From Candidatus Binatia bacterium (GTDB lineage Bacteria; Desulfobacterota; Binatia; UBA9968; CAXXLF01), in the NCBI GenBank assembly GCA_963664015.2, contig CAXXLF010000002.1, positions 1,536,001-1,600,000 of the forward strand: a stretch of 64,000 bases of DNA, in the 5' to 3' direction. The translations under genes and the position numbers were made by a program. The notes under the pieces are model-generated. The model had not been told where the DNA came from and did no database searches. It saw only the letters and a program-made list of their open reading frames with translations. Positions 19,306 to 30,176 of this stretch are shown here, in pieces (position 1 is the first letter of the stretch; each line of letters starts with the position of its first letter).

Positions 19306-20397
19306 ATGGGACCCATCATCGATGCCGACACTCACGTTTCTGAGTCGGAACACATGTGGTCACTGTTTGAAAAGGAAATGTATCCGAAGCGGCCGGTTCT
19401 CGTGTCGGTCCCGGACGACACCGTATACGGTGGGCACAACGCATTCTGGCTGATCGACGGAAATATCGTACCCAAGCCTGGAGGCAAAGCGGGTAACGTA
19501 TTGATTACGCCTTCGGCGGCAAAATCACAGGCCTCACGAACGGACATCCCTATCGAATCCAGGGAACTCACCGACCCCCAGGTACGATTGCGGGATATGG
19601 ATCGTTTAAATATTCACACCCAGGTGGTTTATCCCACTCTATTCCTTGTCTATCTAACCGACGACGTTGCCCTCGAAGTGGCGTTGTGCCGGGCGTACAA
19701 CCGGTGGATGAGTGAGGCCTGCGCCAAAGGCGGAGAACGATTGAGATGGGTGGCGATTCCCCCGCTTCGGTCCGTCGAGGAATCCATTAAGGAGATCCGC
19801 TGGGCCAAAGAGCACGGCGCCGTAGGGCTTTTCTTCCGTGGGATTGAAAAAGACCTAAACCTTGACGATCCTTATTTCTTTCCCATCTACAAGGCAGCTA
19901 TGGACCATGATCTCTCTATCTGCATCCACACGGGGCCCGGCTCGCCTATTCTTTCCAGCCTATTCAATGTCGAGCGGCATTCGGCCTATGGCCATGGACG
20001 AATCCCGCCAATCATCGCTTTCAGGAATATCGTGGCCAATGGGATTCCCGAACTGTTCCCTACTCTCAAGTTTGGATTTATCGAGGCCTCCGCGGGATGG
20101 GTGCCATACGTGCTCCACGCTCTCAAGAGGCAATCCCTGCTCAGAGAAAAAGAGTTTTCCAGTGAGAATCTATTCAATAAATACAGACTCTTTGTGGCCT
20201 GTGAGGCGGATGAAGACATCGGGTATCTCGCGGGTTACATAGGCGAAGACAACATGATTATCGGCTCCGACTATAGCCATAGAGACCCGTCGGAGGAGCG
20301 GGAGCTCGTCAAGACAATGCGCTCTCGAGAGGATATCCCAGCTTACATTACGGAAAAGATTCTTTCTGATAATCCGAGAAGGTTCTATGGCCTATAG
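19306..20397 (+). CDS. Amidohydrolase family protein (Amidohydro_2)
   Basis: IDADTH, AYNRW, ICIH, GSDYSH; AGGAGG RBS. Confidence 0.9.
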   Translation: MGPIIDADTHVSESEHMWSLFEKEMYPKRPVLVSVPDDTVYGGHNAFWLIDGNIVPKPGGKAGNVLITPSAAKSQASRTDIPIESRELTDPQVRLRDMDRLNIHTQVVYPTLFLVYLTDDVALEVALCRAYNRWMSEACAKGGERLRWVAIPPLRSVEESIKEIRWAKEHGAVGLFFRGIEKDLNLDDPYFFPIYKAAMDHDLSICIHTGPGSPILSSLFNVERHSAYGHGRIPPIIAFRNIVANGIPELFPTLKFGFIEASAGWVPYVLHALKRQSLLREKEFSSENLFNKYRLFVACEADEDIGYLAGYIGEDNMIIGSDYSHRDPSEERELVKTMRSREDIPAYITEKILSDNPRRFYGL

Positions 20398-20479
20398 ATA
20401 TCCTGCCTATGATTTAGGCCGAATCTTACTACCACAGTCATGGGTTGGGAAAAGTGGGTTTGAATCACAGCATCCTACG

Positions 20480-21580
20480 CTAGCCCCACACCTCACGTGC
20501 TGTTTCAACGACCAGCTCCAGTTTGCGCCATTGGTCGTCCTCAGTGAGGAGATTACCTGCTAGCGTGGACGCGAAGCCGCACTGGGGGCTAAGCGCCAAC
20601 CGCTCCACAGGCACGTAGCGAGACGCTTCCTCGATGCGGCGTAGCAGGTGATCTTTCTGTTCGAGGAGCGGCCCCTTGGTACTCACCAGGCCCAGCACCA
20701 CGATCGGGCCGTCGGGGATGAACCTGAGCGGCTCGAACCCACCGGCACGGTCGGTGTCATACTCCAACAGGAGCCTGTCGGCTGCCAGTGACCCAAACAC
20801 CTTTTCTGCAATCGGTTCGTAGCCGCCCTCTTTTTGCCAGCGGCTACGACTGTTGCCCCTGCAGACATGGAACCCCACAACGGCTCCTTCGAGTCTTGCG
20901 GTTTCCAGACAAACATTGTCCGCTGCGATCAATTCGTCGAGCCGATTTTCTATATCAACCCCCGCGTCGGTCAGCTTTTGCCGATGAGCCGTACTGACAT
21001 AGTCCGAGTAGTTGGGTGAGTCCGTCTGGATATAGCTTGCTCCGTCAGCAACCGCAGCCTTGATTTCAGTCTGTAGGATTTGAACAATGTCTGCCAATAG
21101 ATCCTGCGGAGTCGGGTAAAACTGGTCGGTGACTCCTTTTAGAAAAGTACCGGCATACAACTGGGACGCACTTGGCAGAGTGAGTTTGAACCGACCCGGT
21201 GTGTGCTCTCTCAGAAATTCGGTTTCATGGGCTGTGAATCGATGGTGTTTTAGCTTGGCGGCCACGACCCTGGACGCGCTAGGGAGCTTGCCTCCCCCAG
21301 GTCCAAACCACTCTTGAATACGCGGCTCATTCGACGAGGTAAACCCCTCGAGCCAGTCGGTGGGACCCGAGTAGAAGGCACGACGTCGGAACTCGCCATC
21401 GACGAGAACGTCGATCCCAATGTTTCGCTGCATCTCCAAGGCGGCCATGATTGCCTTGTCCTCAACCTTACGAAGTTCCTCGAGCCCTATCTTGCTATCT
21501 GCATAATTCGCACGTGCGTCTAGCAGCTCCCTCGGGCGTAACAGGCTTCCAACCTGGTCTGATCTCAAAACTTTTCCCAT
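20480..21580 (-). CDS. Cobalamin-independent methionine synthase II family protein (MetE C-terminal barrel only)
   Basis: VGSLLRP, DGEFRR, HVCRGN, LEYD, LSPQCGFAS (Zn ligands). Confidence 0.85.
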   Translation of the reverse strand: MGKVLRSDQVGSLLRPRELLDARANYADSKIGLEELRKVEDKAIMAALEMQRNIGIDVLVDGEFRRRAFYSGPTDWLEGFTSSNEPRIQEWFGPGGGKLPSASRVVAAKLKHHRFTAHETEFLREHTPGRFKLTLPSASQLYAGTFLKGVTDQFYPTPQDLLADIVQILQTEIKAAVADGASYIQTDSPNYSDYVSTAHRQKLTDAGVDIENRLDELIAADNVCLETARLEGAVVGFHVCRGNSRSRWQKEGGYEPIAEKVFGSLAADRLLLEYDTDRAGGFEPLRFIPDGPIVVLGLVSTKGPLLEQKDHLLRRIEEASRYVPVERLALSPQCGFASTLAGNLLTEDDQWRKLELVVETAREVWG

Positions 21581-21654
21581 CGTTTAGCCTTCTCTGCTCC
21601 GGGGATTCTACGACGTTCGGATTGCATTGTTCCAATGGACATTTGAAAAGAATA

Positions 21655-21700
21655 GAGCCTCCATGGGCTTATGCTCATGCTCTTCTGCGAAGGCGGATAA
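21655..21700. repeat. REP-like palindromic element
   Basis: GAGCCTCCATGGGCTTATGCTCATG...CTGCGAAGGCGGATAA; related to copies at 40890, 49175 and 63695. Confidence 0.6.
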
Positions 21701-21740
21701 GATCAGGACCTGAACGCGCCTATGTGGCAGCCCCAAATTC

Positions 21741-22820
21741 TTACCGCTTGAAGACCTCTCGCAACAGACCGCCGAGTTTAATTCTCGCCTTCATGGCTTC
21801 CGGCGTATAGGTCTTGATAGAACCTGGGATTGGGACTCTCAATGGAGCATGGTCTATGCGTACATCCGATCGAGCACTGATATATCCAGTTACCTGGGTA
21901 TACGAGGTTTGGCCCTCTTTAGAGAGAAGCCAGTTGAAATAGACCTTCGCCGCATTGGGATGGGGCGCTCGGTTGAACATGGCTGTGGTTCCAGCAGCAG
22001 GATTCACAGCGGATCCCTCCCGCAGATGCCGGGGATCCAGAATAGCAATGGGTACCCCTTGCTTGATAACCGAATCCGCAACCGCGTCGGAACCGCCGAT
22101 TAGAATGGGGAATTTACCCTGGCCTATCATATCAATTTCCTGCCGGTAATTCTTAAGGACCACGAGGTTTTGACGGGCCAGCGCCCGGATAAAGTCGGGG
22201 CCCAGATCCGGATGAAGATAGAAAAAGTGTAGAGTTGCCTGCCCCGCGCCTGGAGTTCGGGGATCGTCCAGGACCAATTTACCCTTCCACTTGGGCTCCA
22301 GCAGGTCCTTATATGACTTGATCTCGTCCAGTTTGACCAGATTAGTACTGATAAAAAGCATGGGCTGCTGCGAGAGACACATAACGAGTAGCTGGCGACC
22401 GGGACCGAGGAATTCCATACCTCCCCCGCGCCAGTGCTTGGGATCTTTGACTTCGGGCCGAACAAGGGCAGGCTCCAAGGGAGCAAACGCCCCAATGGGG
22501 ATTAATGCCCGTTGCGCACTGCCGCTGCCACCGATAAAGAGATCCCAGAGGTAGTAGCCGGCTCGTTGCTCAGCTCCCACCAACGGCGGAATACTTGAAC
22601 TTCTCATCCCCCGGTATTCAACCCTGACTCCATACTTCTTCTCGAAAAGCCGGGTAAGGGCATCGCGCCTCTCGGAACCGGCAGGCCCGATGACGGACAC
22701 CTGGCCCTCCTGCCTGGCAGCTTTGACAACGTCTTCCCACTCTTGCTGCCAAGCGGGCTTCGCAGACACCAAGACCAATGTTGCTGCTATCAAAATCATC
22801 ATAAAGAAATTTCGTTTCAT
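21741..22820 (-). CDS. Extracellular solute-binding protein
   Basis: Signal peptide; AARQEG; DLLEPKWKGK; APHPNAAKVYFNWLLSKEGQ. Confidence 0.88.
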   Translation of the reverse strand: MKRNFFMMILIAATLVLVSAKPAWQQEWEDVVKAARQEGQVSVIGPAGSERRDALTRLFEKKYGVRVEYRGMRSSSIPPLVGAEQRAGYYLWDLFIGGSGSAQRALIPIGAFAPLEPALVRPEVKDPKHWRGGGMEFLGPGRQLLVMCLSQQPMLFISTNLVKLDEIKSYKDLLEPKWKGKLVLDDPRTPGAGQATLHFFYLHPDLGPDFIRALARQNLVVLKNYRQEIDMIGQGKFPILIGGSDAVADSVIKQGVPIAILDPRHLREGSAVNPAAGTTAMFNRAPHPNAAKVYFNWLLSKEGQTSYTQVTGYISARSDVRIDHAPLRVPIPGSIKTYTPEAMKARIKLGGLLREVFKR

Positions 22821-22963
22821 GATGGGACCTCCCGCTCCAATATGACCTCACCTGTATAACGTGCCTATAACTCGTTAGGTTGAGAATGAAATTAGAACAG
22901 AGGGCGGATCATATCAATTGTTCGCGAATTTAAGAGTTGAGGGTAGGCCGGGTATTAACTAAG

Positions 22964-23053
22964 ACAAAGGGGTCCAGTCCGCTCCTGGCTCTTGACGTTC
23001 CCCGTTGGATCTAATACAGGGCCATATGGCTCCTTCGCAACGCATCGAACGTT
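22964..23053. repeat. ~90-bp imperfect direct repeat, left copy
   Basis: ACAAAGGGGTCCAGTCCGCTCCT...TGACGTTCCCC...CTAAT...GGCTC aligns with 24319..24411. Confidence 0.65.
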
Positions 23054-23121
23054 AGGGAAAGAATGGTTTTGAGATTTCGTTCCCGATATTTCAAGCCGGT
23101 GGTCCCACCCAATCTACACGA

Positions 23122-24312
23122 TTGAGATCGCCAAGAAACTGCGCACCTAAACGAGTGAAAATAACAGCAGACTACCGAACAGGACAGGATGAACCGATTC
23201 CTCAGGAAGACGAGTTGGCCAAAGATCTATTAACCCATCCTGGGCTTCCAGGTGGGGGGCAACTAGAGATTCGCATGGAGCTTTCGGCAAATCATTCTGA
23301 CCCTGACATCTCGGCGGTTGCTAGTCGATTGAAGCCTTGCGATCCCGAAAGCTGGTACGAGGAGTGACTGCCGGTCGCTGAGAGAAATGAGAACATGGCT
23401 GTCGGATTTGAAACCGTGGGTCGACGGATCACGGCCCATGAGTTTTACCGGCGCGCAGCGGATTTTTACCGCCGGGCTGTTCTTTTCATGCCGGAGTCGG
23501 AACCCCGCATGATCCCGGGCTATAACAGCTTGAGGGAAATGTTCGACAAGGCCTGGGAGATGGTCCCGCCACCTTTCGAGCTGATCAAGGTCCCCTTTGA
23601 AGGGCATAATCTCGAGGGGCTCTTTTACCCCGTTCGAGGAAAACCGGGCGCACGCCATCCGGTATTCTACAATTACGGCGGAGCAAATGGCATCTTGCAT
23701 AGGGGAAACGACGGGGGAGCGGGGGCCGCTCAGTATGTAAGGAGGGGCATGGCCTTTATAGATGTTGACGGTCCTGGACATGGAGGGGCCTTGCGTTTGA
23801 ATGGGCCCTACGCGCCGTCCGATTCGGAAAGGGTAGCCAAGGCCGTCATCGATTATCTACAAACCCGTCCTGATGTAGACGGCAACCGAATTGGCATTCA
23901 TGGTTCGAGCATGGGCTGGTACTCGGCACCGCGATGCGCGACGGCGAAGAAACGGATCAAGGCTGTGGCGGTCTGGAGTGGGGCCTTTAGTCTGCGTGAC
24001 GATATTTTCGATTATTACCCGCCCATTCAGGAACGATTGCGCTGGCTGATCGGTGCTAAGGACTTACGTGAGGCGCGGGGAAAAATAAGCGCCTTCACGC
24101 TGGAAGGTATGGCGGAGCGTATCGAATGTCCCATGCTGATCGGCTACAGCAGAGACGATCGAATTATGGACCCACGGGGAGCGCTTCGCCTCCACCAGAA
24201 GGCCGTGAACTCAAAACGGCGCATGTTGAACGGTGTCGGTCACGGTGAAAAACGCTTTGATCGCAAAACTGACATAGCCGACTGGTTCATGGAGCAGCTC
24301 GGTGCCGGCTAA
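23122..24312 (+). pseudogene. Alpha/beta hydrolase (FrsA/2,6-dihydroxypseudooxynicotine hydrolase-like), interrupted by in-frame TGA
   Basis: DPESWYEE*LPVAE (TGA 23365-23367 where Trp is expected), continuing in frame to DGPGHG, GSSMG nucleophile motif and GVGH. 5' start uncertain. Confidence 0.7.
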
Positions 24313-24318
24313 TCTCAA

Positions 24319-24411
24319 ACAAAGGAGTCAAGTCCGCTCCTATTTCGTGACGTACCCCCTATGACCTAATGAGAGGGGCAATAGGGCTCATCCGCTACAC
24401 ATGAAAAAGTT
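24319..24411. repeat. ~90-bp imperfect direct repeat, right copy
   Basis: ACAAAGGAGTCAAGTCCGCTCCT...TGACGTACCCC...CTAAT...GGCTC. Confidence 0.65.
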
Positions 24412-24458
24412 GCTGGACTCACAAGAAGACTCTCAGCGATCCCTATAGGAGGCCTACT

Positions 24459-25217
24459 GTGCTCAATGAAAAAGTCGTTATTGTGACCGGTGGTGCAAAG
24501 GGTATTGGACGTTACGCGGCATATGGTTTCGCCGATGCTGGAGCCAAGCTTTCAATCTGGGATATTGTCCTTAATGACGACACCACGAATGAGCTGAAGG
24601 CAAAAGGCGTCGAGGTCTTGCCGTTACAGGTGGACGTTCGGAGCGAGGACCAAATTCAACGGGCGACAACAGAGGTCGCGAAACGCTTTGGAAGGATTGA
24701 TGTACTCTTGAACAATGCCGGCTTGGTCACTCACCCGGCGTGGACGCGGAGCTGGGGCCCTATCGTGGAGATGGGAAAGAGCTTCTGGGATCGGGTCATC
24801 GAAACAAACCTCACCGGGACCATGCTCTGTACAAAGCACGTACTTCCCCACATGATCAAGCAGCAGTCCGGACATGTCATCAACGTCTACGGAGGAACTG
24901 CCAGCGCCAAGCGTATCGGAGCCTGCGCCTACCTGGTCACCAAGGACGCGCTGCGCTCATTCACCAGGTTCGTAGCAGAGGAAGTACGCGAGCATAATGT
25001 CTGTGTGGTAATCGCGGGGCCAGGTAGCGCCATCGCTACGGAAGAGGCCCCCGATGATGTGAGAAGCCGTATGCCGGGCCCTGAATCAGTTGGAGATACT
25101 TACTTGCTTGCGGCGGGAGCACCCATGGAGTTTTCAGGATTTTACGTGCGGCGGGTCGATAAGGAACTGATACTTGATAAGGACCCCGACAGCCTCTGGT
25201 GGTTCAAGACCGAGTGA
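24459..25217 (+). CDS. SDR family oxidoreductase
   Basis: TGGAKGIG, NNAG, YLVTK (YxxxK); AGGAGG RBS, GTG start. Confidence 0.88.
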   Translation: MLNEKVVIVTGGAKGIGRYAAYGFADAGAKLSIWDIVLNDDTTNELKAKGVEVLPLQVDVRSEDQIQRATTEVAKRFGRIDVLLNNAGLVTHPAWTRSWGPIVEMGKSFWDRVIETNLTGTMLCTKHVLPHMIKQQSGHVINVYGGTASAKRIGACAYLVTKDALRSFTRFVAEEVREHNVCVVIAGPGSAIATEEAPDDVRSRMPGPESVGDTYLLAAGAPMEFSGFYVRRVDKELILDKDPDSLWWFKTE

Positions 25218-25259
25218 AACCATTGGGGTGGCCGGGTCCCGTTGGCGCAGAAGCTAGGA

Positions 25260-25350
25260 AGTGGACAGCCACTAGGGACCACAGCCTACAGGACTACTGA
25301 CAACCGTGGGAAGAGGGACTGAACATAAAAGGTTACGTGTGAAGCGAAGA
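25260..25350. repeat. Short heptamer-mosaic block
   Basis: GGACCACAGCCTACAGGACTACTGACAAC. Confidence 0.5.
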
Positions 25351-25531
25351 AGAAGGCGTCAAATCGTTTTTTGACAAAGTGCTTCGCACACCTATCTGGA
25401 GTCCAAACTACACCTCTTCGACTTGACTGCGTGGCTGCCAAGACCGATACGCCAACGGATCGAACGACAGGGAAGACCTAGCATAGGAATGCATGTGCCA
25501 ATAGGAGTAGGATAGGTCGCGGGGGAACACT

Positions 25532-27037
25532 ATGGAAGAACATTATGATGTCATCATTGTCGGGGGCGGCTCGGCGGGTTGTGTGGCGGCTACGCGGCTA
25601 TCGGAGGACCCGAAACTAAAAGTGCTTTTGTTGGAAGCTGGGCCCGATCCACGGCCCCTTCCCGAGATCGTAGCGAAGGGAACTCGGGCGGTTCAGGCCC
25701 TTCTCCAGAGCCCCTACCTGAACATGTATCCCGCGCGCAGAAACCTGGACGGCAGCCCGATGCATTTCTTGTCAGGGAGAATCCTGGGAGGAGGCTCCTC
25801 GGTCAATATGATGTCGGCCACGCGTCCTATCGAGGCCGACTTCGTCAGATGGGCTCGACAAGGAAATCCCAGTTGGTCCTGGGAGAAAGTCCTGCCGGTG
25901 CTCCGCCGGCTCGAAGCGGACCAGGACTATCCCGATAGCCCGCTTCATGGCAAAGACGGGCCTATCACCGTGGAGCGCCAGTTCAAATTTGGAGAGTCCA
26001 TTTCCGGTCCGTACAAGGCATTGATCGAGGCGGCCTCCGAATTGGGATTGCCACTTTGCCCGGACCAAAACATTCCTAACCCCTACGGAATCTGCCCGCC
26101 TGCCCTCAATATTAAAGAAGGACTGCGCCAATCGACATCCGTTGCATACCTGGAGCCGGCCCGCTCCCGACCCAACCTGACAATTGTCTCCAACGCCTTG
26201 GCGGTGGGCTTAGAACTCGCAGGGACCAAAGTTCAAGGGGTTCGCTACGAGAGGGATGGAGCCACACACAGGGTATCGGGGAATCAGGTCGGATTGACGG
26301 CAGGTGCTCTGCACAGCCCGCAAATCCTAATGCTTTCCGGGATTGGATCACCAGATGAGCTAGAACGTCACGGCATCCGTATCGTGCTCCCACTCCCGGG
26401 CGTGGGGAAAAACTATCAGGACCATGCAGGAATCTCCATGTCCTACGAGGCGGTTCAAGAGCATATGAAACCCGAAAAGCATCATGGCTTACGGCTCTTT
26501 TTCAAGAGCCGCCCGGAACGGGACCATTTGGACTTTCACCTCATTATGCGTGAACCCACCGTGATTCCCGGCCTCAAAACCTTGCTTGCTTTCACTGCCT
26601 TTCTTCTGGAGCAGCGTAGCCGAGGGTCCCTCACGCTGAAGAGCGCGGACCCTCATGAATTACCGAACATTGATTCGCAGATGCTGACAGACCCACAGGA
26701 CATCGAGGCCGCGACAACAGTCATGAAGTTTATTCACAAGCTCGTCCGGACGGGACCCATGAAGGAGTTTTTTGGTCCGGTCGTTAGCCCCACAGAAGAA
26801 GAGGATTGGGCCCGATTCGCCCGCTCCACCTATACGACTTATCAGCATGCCTCCGGGACGTGCAAAATGGGTCCTGCGTCGGACCCCCTGGCGGTGGTCA
26901 ATGAAAAACTCCAGGCCCACGGCATAGAAAACCTATGGATTGCTGACGCCTCCATCATGCCTACGGTGCCCCATGCGAACACAAACCTGACGACCATTAT
27001 GATCGCCGAGCGACTGTGCGATTTTATGCAAGCTTGA
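25532..27037 (+). CDS. GMC family oxidoreductase (choline dehydrogenase-like)
   Basis: GGGSAG, LLEAG, GRILGGGSSVN, LMLSGIG, HASGTCKMG, DASIMP...NTN. Confidence 0.9.
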   Translation: MEEHYDVIIVGGGSAGCVAATRLSEDPKLKVLLLEAGPDPRPLPEIVAKGTRAVQALLQSPYLNMYPARRNLDGSPMHFLSGRILGGGSSVNMMSATRPIEADFVRWARQGNPSWSWEKVLPVLRRLEADQDYPDSPLHGKDGPITVERQFKFGESISGPYKALIEAASELGLPLCPDQNIPNPYGICPPALNIKEGLRQSTSVAYLEPARSRPNLTIVSNALAVGLELAGTKVQGVRYERDGATHRVSGNQVGLTAGALHSPQILMLSGIGSPDELERHGIRIVLPLPGVGKNYQDHAGISMSYEAVQEHMKPEKHHGLRLFFKSRPERDHLDFHLIMREPTVIPGLKTLLAFTAFLLEQRSRGSLTLKSADPHELPNIDSQMLTDPQDIEAATTVMKFIHKLVRTGPMKEFFGPVVSPTEEEDWARFARSTYTTYQHASGTCKMGPASDPLAVVNEKLQAHGIENLWIADASIMPTVPHANTNLTTIMIAERLCDFMQA

Positions 27038-27366
27038 GCGTCAGCGGCCGGGTCTATGACAATGCAAGTAAAAAGGGCTTGGGAAAAGAGCTGCCGAAAG
27101 AGATGTTTTTGCAGGACATTCCCACATAAACTTGAGCACTGGGGTCGGTCATACCTTTTTCCGAACGAGAACGGGTTTGCTAATTTGGAGTAGGCGTAAC
27201 ATTCGGACTGACGTCTAGTAGCCTGAATTTACATGACCTGACAGATAGAAAACCGGCTCGACCGTTCTCCTATCTATTAGCTAAACATCGAAGTACGAAT
27301 ACCCAGTAACCGTTGACAGAGCGTAATGCAGAGGCAAGACAATCTCCCCAAACACTCGGAAGTTAG

Positions 27367-27717
27367 ATGTTCGAGATCTTGATAGCAGTAGGCATCTTTA
27401 CGGTGCTCGTCTTGGTTGCCGCCGGCGATCAGCTCTTGCATGGGCACGGGCTTTTAATCATCGGTACCGTCACGGCAGCTTTGGGACTTATCGTTGGTGT
27501 TTCTGTAGGGATCCGCTATCACCTAGCTCTTTACCGCACCCTTGAGCCCTTAGGAATACTGGAGCCTCGCTGGTGGTGACAACCCACGAGCTATAACGCT
27601 CATCTCCCCTCCGCAAACAGCCGCACGGTGATGACGTGGTTTTACGCAGGAGTGGCTAGCATGGTTGTGGTGTTGGTCGGTTGCGCTTTGATTCTCGCCG
27701 GCACCTTGATAATGTGA
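27367..27717 (+). pseudogene. Small membrane protein interrupted by in-frame TGA
   Basis: ...LEPRWW*QPTSYNAHLP...WFYAGVASMVVVLVGCALILAG; the frame continues past TGA 27577-27579 into another TM segment. Confidence 0.55.
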
Positions 27718-27874
27718 AACGTTCGAGCATGGCGCAAAGCGATAAGAGGGGGGGCAACAGGGAAGCTATCAGATCGTTACGACTGGTTGTCAGTTCTGAC
27801 TTCGATCCTCAGGGGATCAATGGACTTAAGGTCGCGGTGCAGGGGGTGTAGTTGTAGCGCAGGGTCGACAGTCT

Positions 27875-28322
27875 TCACGCTTTTTTCTTCATTTTGTTTG
27901 TTCCAGCGGAATAGACGAGGGACAGGTAGGAAGGTTTTTTGGTTTGGGAATCCCCATGGGGATTCAGGAGCCTTTCAATACGATCAATCAGCTGTTCGTA
28001 TGTAAACGGCTTGGCGAGAAAGTCGTTCGAGCCGCTTTGCCGGACTTTCTCTTTATCCTTGAAGGAAACCCTTGCAGTCACGGTCAGCATGGGGATGGAA
28101 ATAGTGCCCGGGTTATGACGAATCAAACGGGTGGCTTGAAGGCCGTCCATTTCGGGCATCAAGATGTCCATCAGAATAAGGTCCGGCTGATGGATTGCGG
28201 CCATATCCACTGCTTCCCTACCGTTCACCGCTACAATGGTTTCATAGGAAGCCTTAAGAATCTCCCGTAATATCATGAGGATATCCGGATTGTTCTCCAA
28301 TATAAAGGATTGTCTTCGCCAT
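27875..28322 (-). pseudogene. Single-domain response regulator, frameshifted near the 5' end
   Basis: ATG 28322 MAKTILYI then a +1 shift into ENNPD; NGREAV, PDLILMDILMPEMDG, LAKPF. Confidence 0.7.
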
Positions 28323-28467
28323 GGTCCTGCTTTTTTAGTGCAAAAGAGGTGCCAAGATTCAACAGTTGGAGACCGAATTCTTCCTAATTGACGAACGGGC
28401 ACAAAGCATTTTTATATCGCCCAGGGTGGTACGAACATCGTCGGTTTGTTTGTGGAGCGTTTTAAAT

Positions 28468-28682
28468 AGACAGCTGGCAGGGAGCGGCAATCCGGACTAC
28501 AGGACAACTGACAGAAGTAAAACAGCAGGCAGTAGCTAGGGAGAGACTCCGTGCCGGATACTGAGGACTGATCACTGAATACTGACGACCGAATAGTTAC
28601 GAGCCCGGAGCTGCCATCTGCCCAGTGCCCACTCCTCACGGTGCTCTGCTCTATGCGTTTTGCTTTCTGGTCTTGTGGTCCC
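28468..28682. repeat. Heptamer-mosaic block with reverse-complement modules
   Basis: GGACTACAGGACAACTGAC, CAGCAGGCAGTAG, ACTGAGGACTGATCACTGAATACTGA, TGCTCTGCTCTATGCG. Confidence 0.65.
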
Positions 28683-28684
28683 GC

Positions 28685-29469
28685 CTATCGGACGGGGACG
28701 AGTATGATTTCTATGCGTCTATTTTGGCTTCGTGTTTCCTCTGAATTGTTTGGGGCGATGGGTCGGTAATAACTGACCCCACTAGCGGTCATTTTTTCCG
28801 GCTGGATATTCCCTTTTTCCTGCAACAAACGCACCACAGCTGCTGATCTGGCAGTGGATAGCTCCCAGTTGGCCAGGAACCTTTCCGTCAATGAATACCG
28901 GATATCAAGATTATCCGTATGTCCTTCCACCACAATAGTCCTACTGGTATCCTCTTCAAAAGATTGCGCCAAGGTCAAAAGGACTTCCTGCCCCTGTCCT
29001 TAATCTTCGTGCTTCCCGAGTCGAATAGAATCTTATCCACAAACGTTACCCTTAGCTTGCCTTCTATCTCTTCGATTTTGACGTCCTTTTCGGCAATCTA
29101 GTCTTTTAGACTGCGCCCTATTTCTCTACGGGTTCGATCCAATTCGGATATCTTCATTTCTTTTTGCTGAACAACGGGTTGGGTTTGCGCCAAGGCAAGT
29201 TTCAACTCACCTATGGCATCCTCTTGTTGCCGGATAGCAGATTGCGCCTGGCTCAGGTTGCGCTTCAAACCTTCTATGGTGCCCGAGAGGCGTGCGTTTT
29301 CACTTTGGAGTTCATTGTGGCGTGTCTGGAGGTCCGATAGGGAATCGTTCTTTTCTTTCAACTGTGAGTTGGAATTCGTTTCCAGGTCCGTATACGTCCC
29401 TTTCGTTACGCACGATGAAAGGAAAAGACAAATGAGACACGAGGTATAAAACAACGATTTATGGAACAT
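28685..29469 (-). pseudogene. OmpA/MotB-family lipoprotein with in-frame TAG
   Basis: Lipobox-like LSSC, coiled coil, LKD*IAEKDV (TAG 29098-29100), ILFDSG, VEGHTDN, NWELSTARS, NRRIEI. Confidence 0.8.
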
Positions 29470-29664
29470 AGCTCTTTTCTCTTTAGAGAGCGAATTAAGA
29501 ATAGAACCTTGATTTTAAATTTCAGTCGCCAGGAACTGGAAAGTTTCGAAAACGGTCATCGATCGGTCGGGATTCGAACGGGCAAGTGGTTCATTTCGCC
29601 CTAGATTGGACCTGCGTATAGCTTACGCTTCGAAGATGTAGCATTTTAATTCGGGAAGAAGTCC

Positions 29665-30115
29665 CAATGCACAAGGGGACAGAGCGCCGTAGGCAGTAGG
29701 CCGCCAGTCAATAACAACGGATTACTAACGATAGGACTACGGACAGACAGAGATAGGGACAGAACTAGAAAAGATAAAGCCAACAGGATGGGGGCGACAG
29801 TAGAAGAGAGCCAGCAGAGGTCAACCTTTAGCTAAACAGCGTTGAGTGTTAAGTGGCGCCGTAAGAAGCGAGAGAGCGAGCCAACAACACTGCTTTCGGT
29901 CGGTTTGATTTTGTTGTGCGCCGTTTGTTATAGGATGGAGGCGGCTCGGGAAGGCTAAGCGTAGAGGCGAGAACGTAGTGAGGCAGCAGGCGGATGGTAG
30001 CAGGATTAGTGTTAAGTGTTGAGGGAAGAGAAAGCTGTCAGTCAACGGTCCGGAGATGAAGGCTGTGAGCTGAAAGCCGATAGCTAGTTGACTGATGACA
30101 GATTACCGGTCACCC
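29665..30115. repeat. Intergenic heptamer-mosaic repeat block
   Basis: GTAGGCAGTAGG; GACTACGGACAGACAGAGATAGGG (homologous to 4774-4802); GCTGAAAGCCGATAGC. Confidence 0.6.
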
Positions 30116-30176
30116 GTCTTCCTCCCCGGCCGCTTGACGGCGAGAGAACGAGATAAGAACAAGAAGGAGACATGTT

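Noticed and set aside
20480-21580. Calling this gene metE
   Set aside because: It has only the C-terminal barrel (366 aa), and this family includes enzymes that are not methionine synthases, so no symbol was assigned.
23365-27579. TGA as Sec or Trp at 23365 and 27577
   Set aside because: Both contexts predict Trp (TGG>TGA mutation), not Cys, and I saw no SECIS-like hairpin. TGA is a normal stop in 10881, 25217, 27037 and 48693, so there is no code-4-type reassignment.
3134-29100. Genome-wide TAG recoding or pyrrolysine (in-frame TAG at 3134, 5652, 29098)
   Set aside because: Two of the three genes also carry frameshifts or TAA stops, and many intact genes end in TAG (for example 2814, 16169, 20397, 35971). 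Ordinary decay explains the pattern.
29560-29595. GTTCGAATCCC on the minus strand as a tRNA T-loop
   Set aside because: The flanking bases do not form a T-stem and no cloverleaf can be built.
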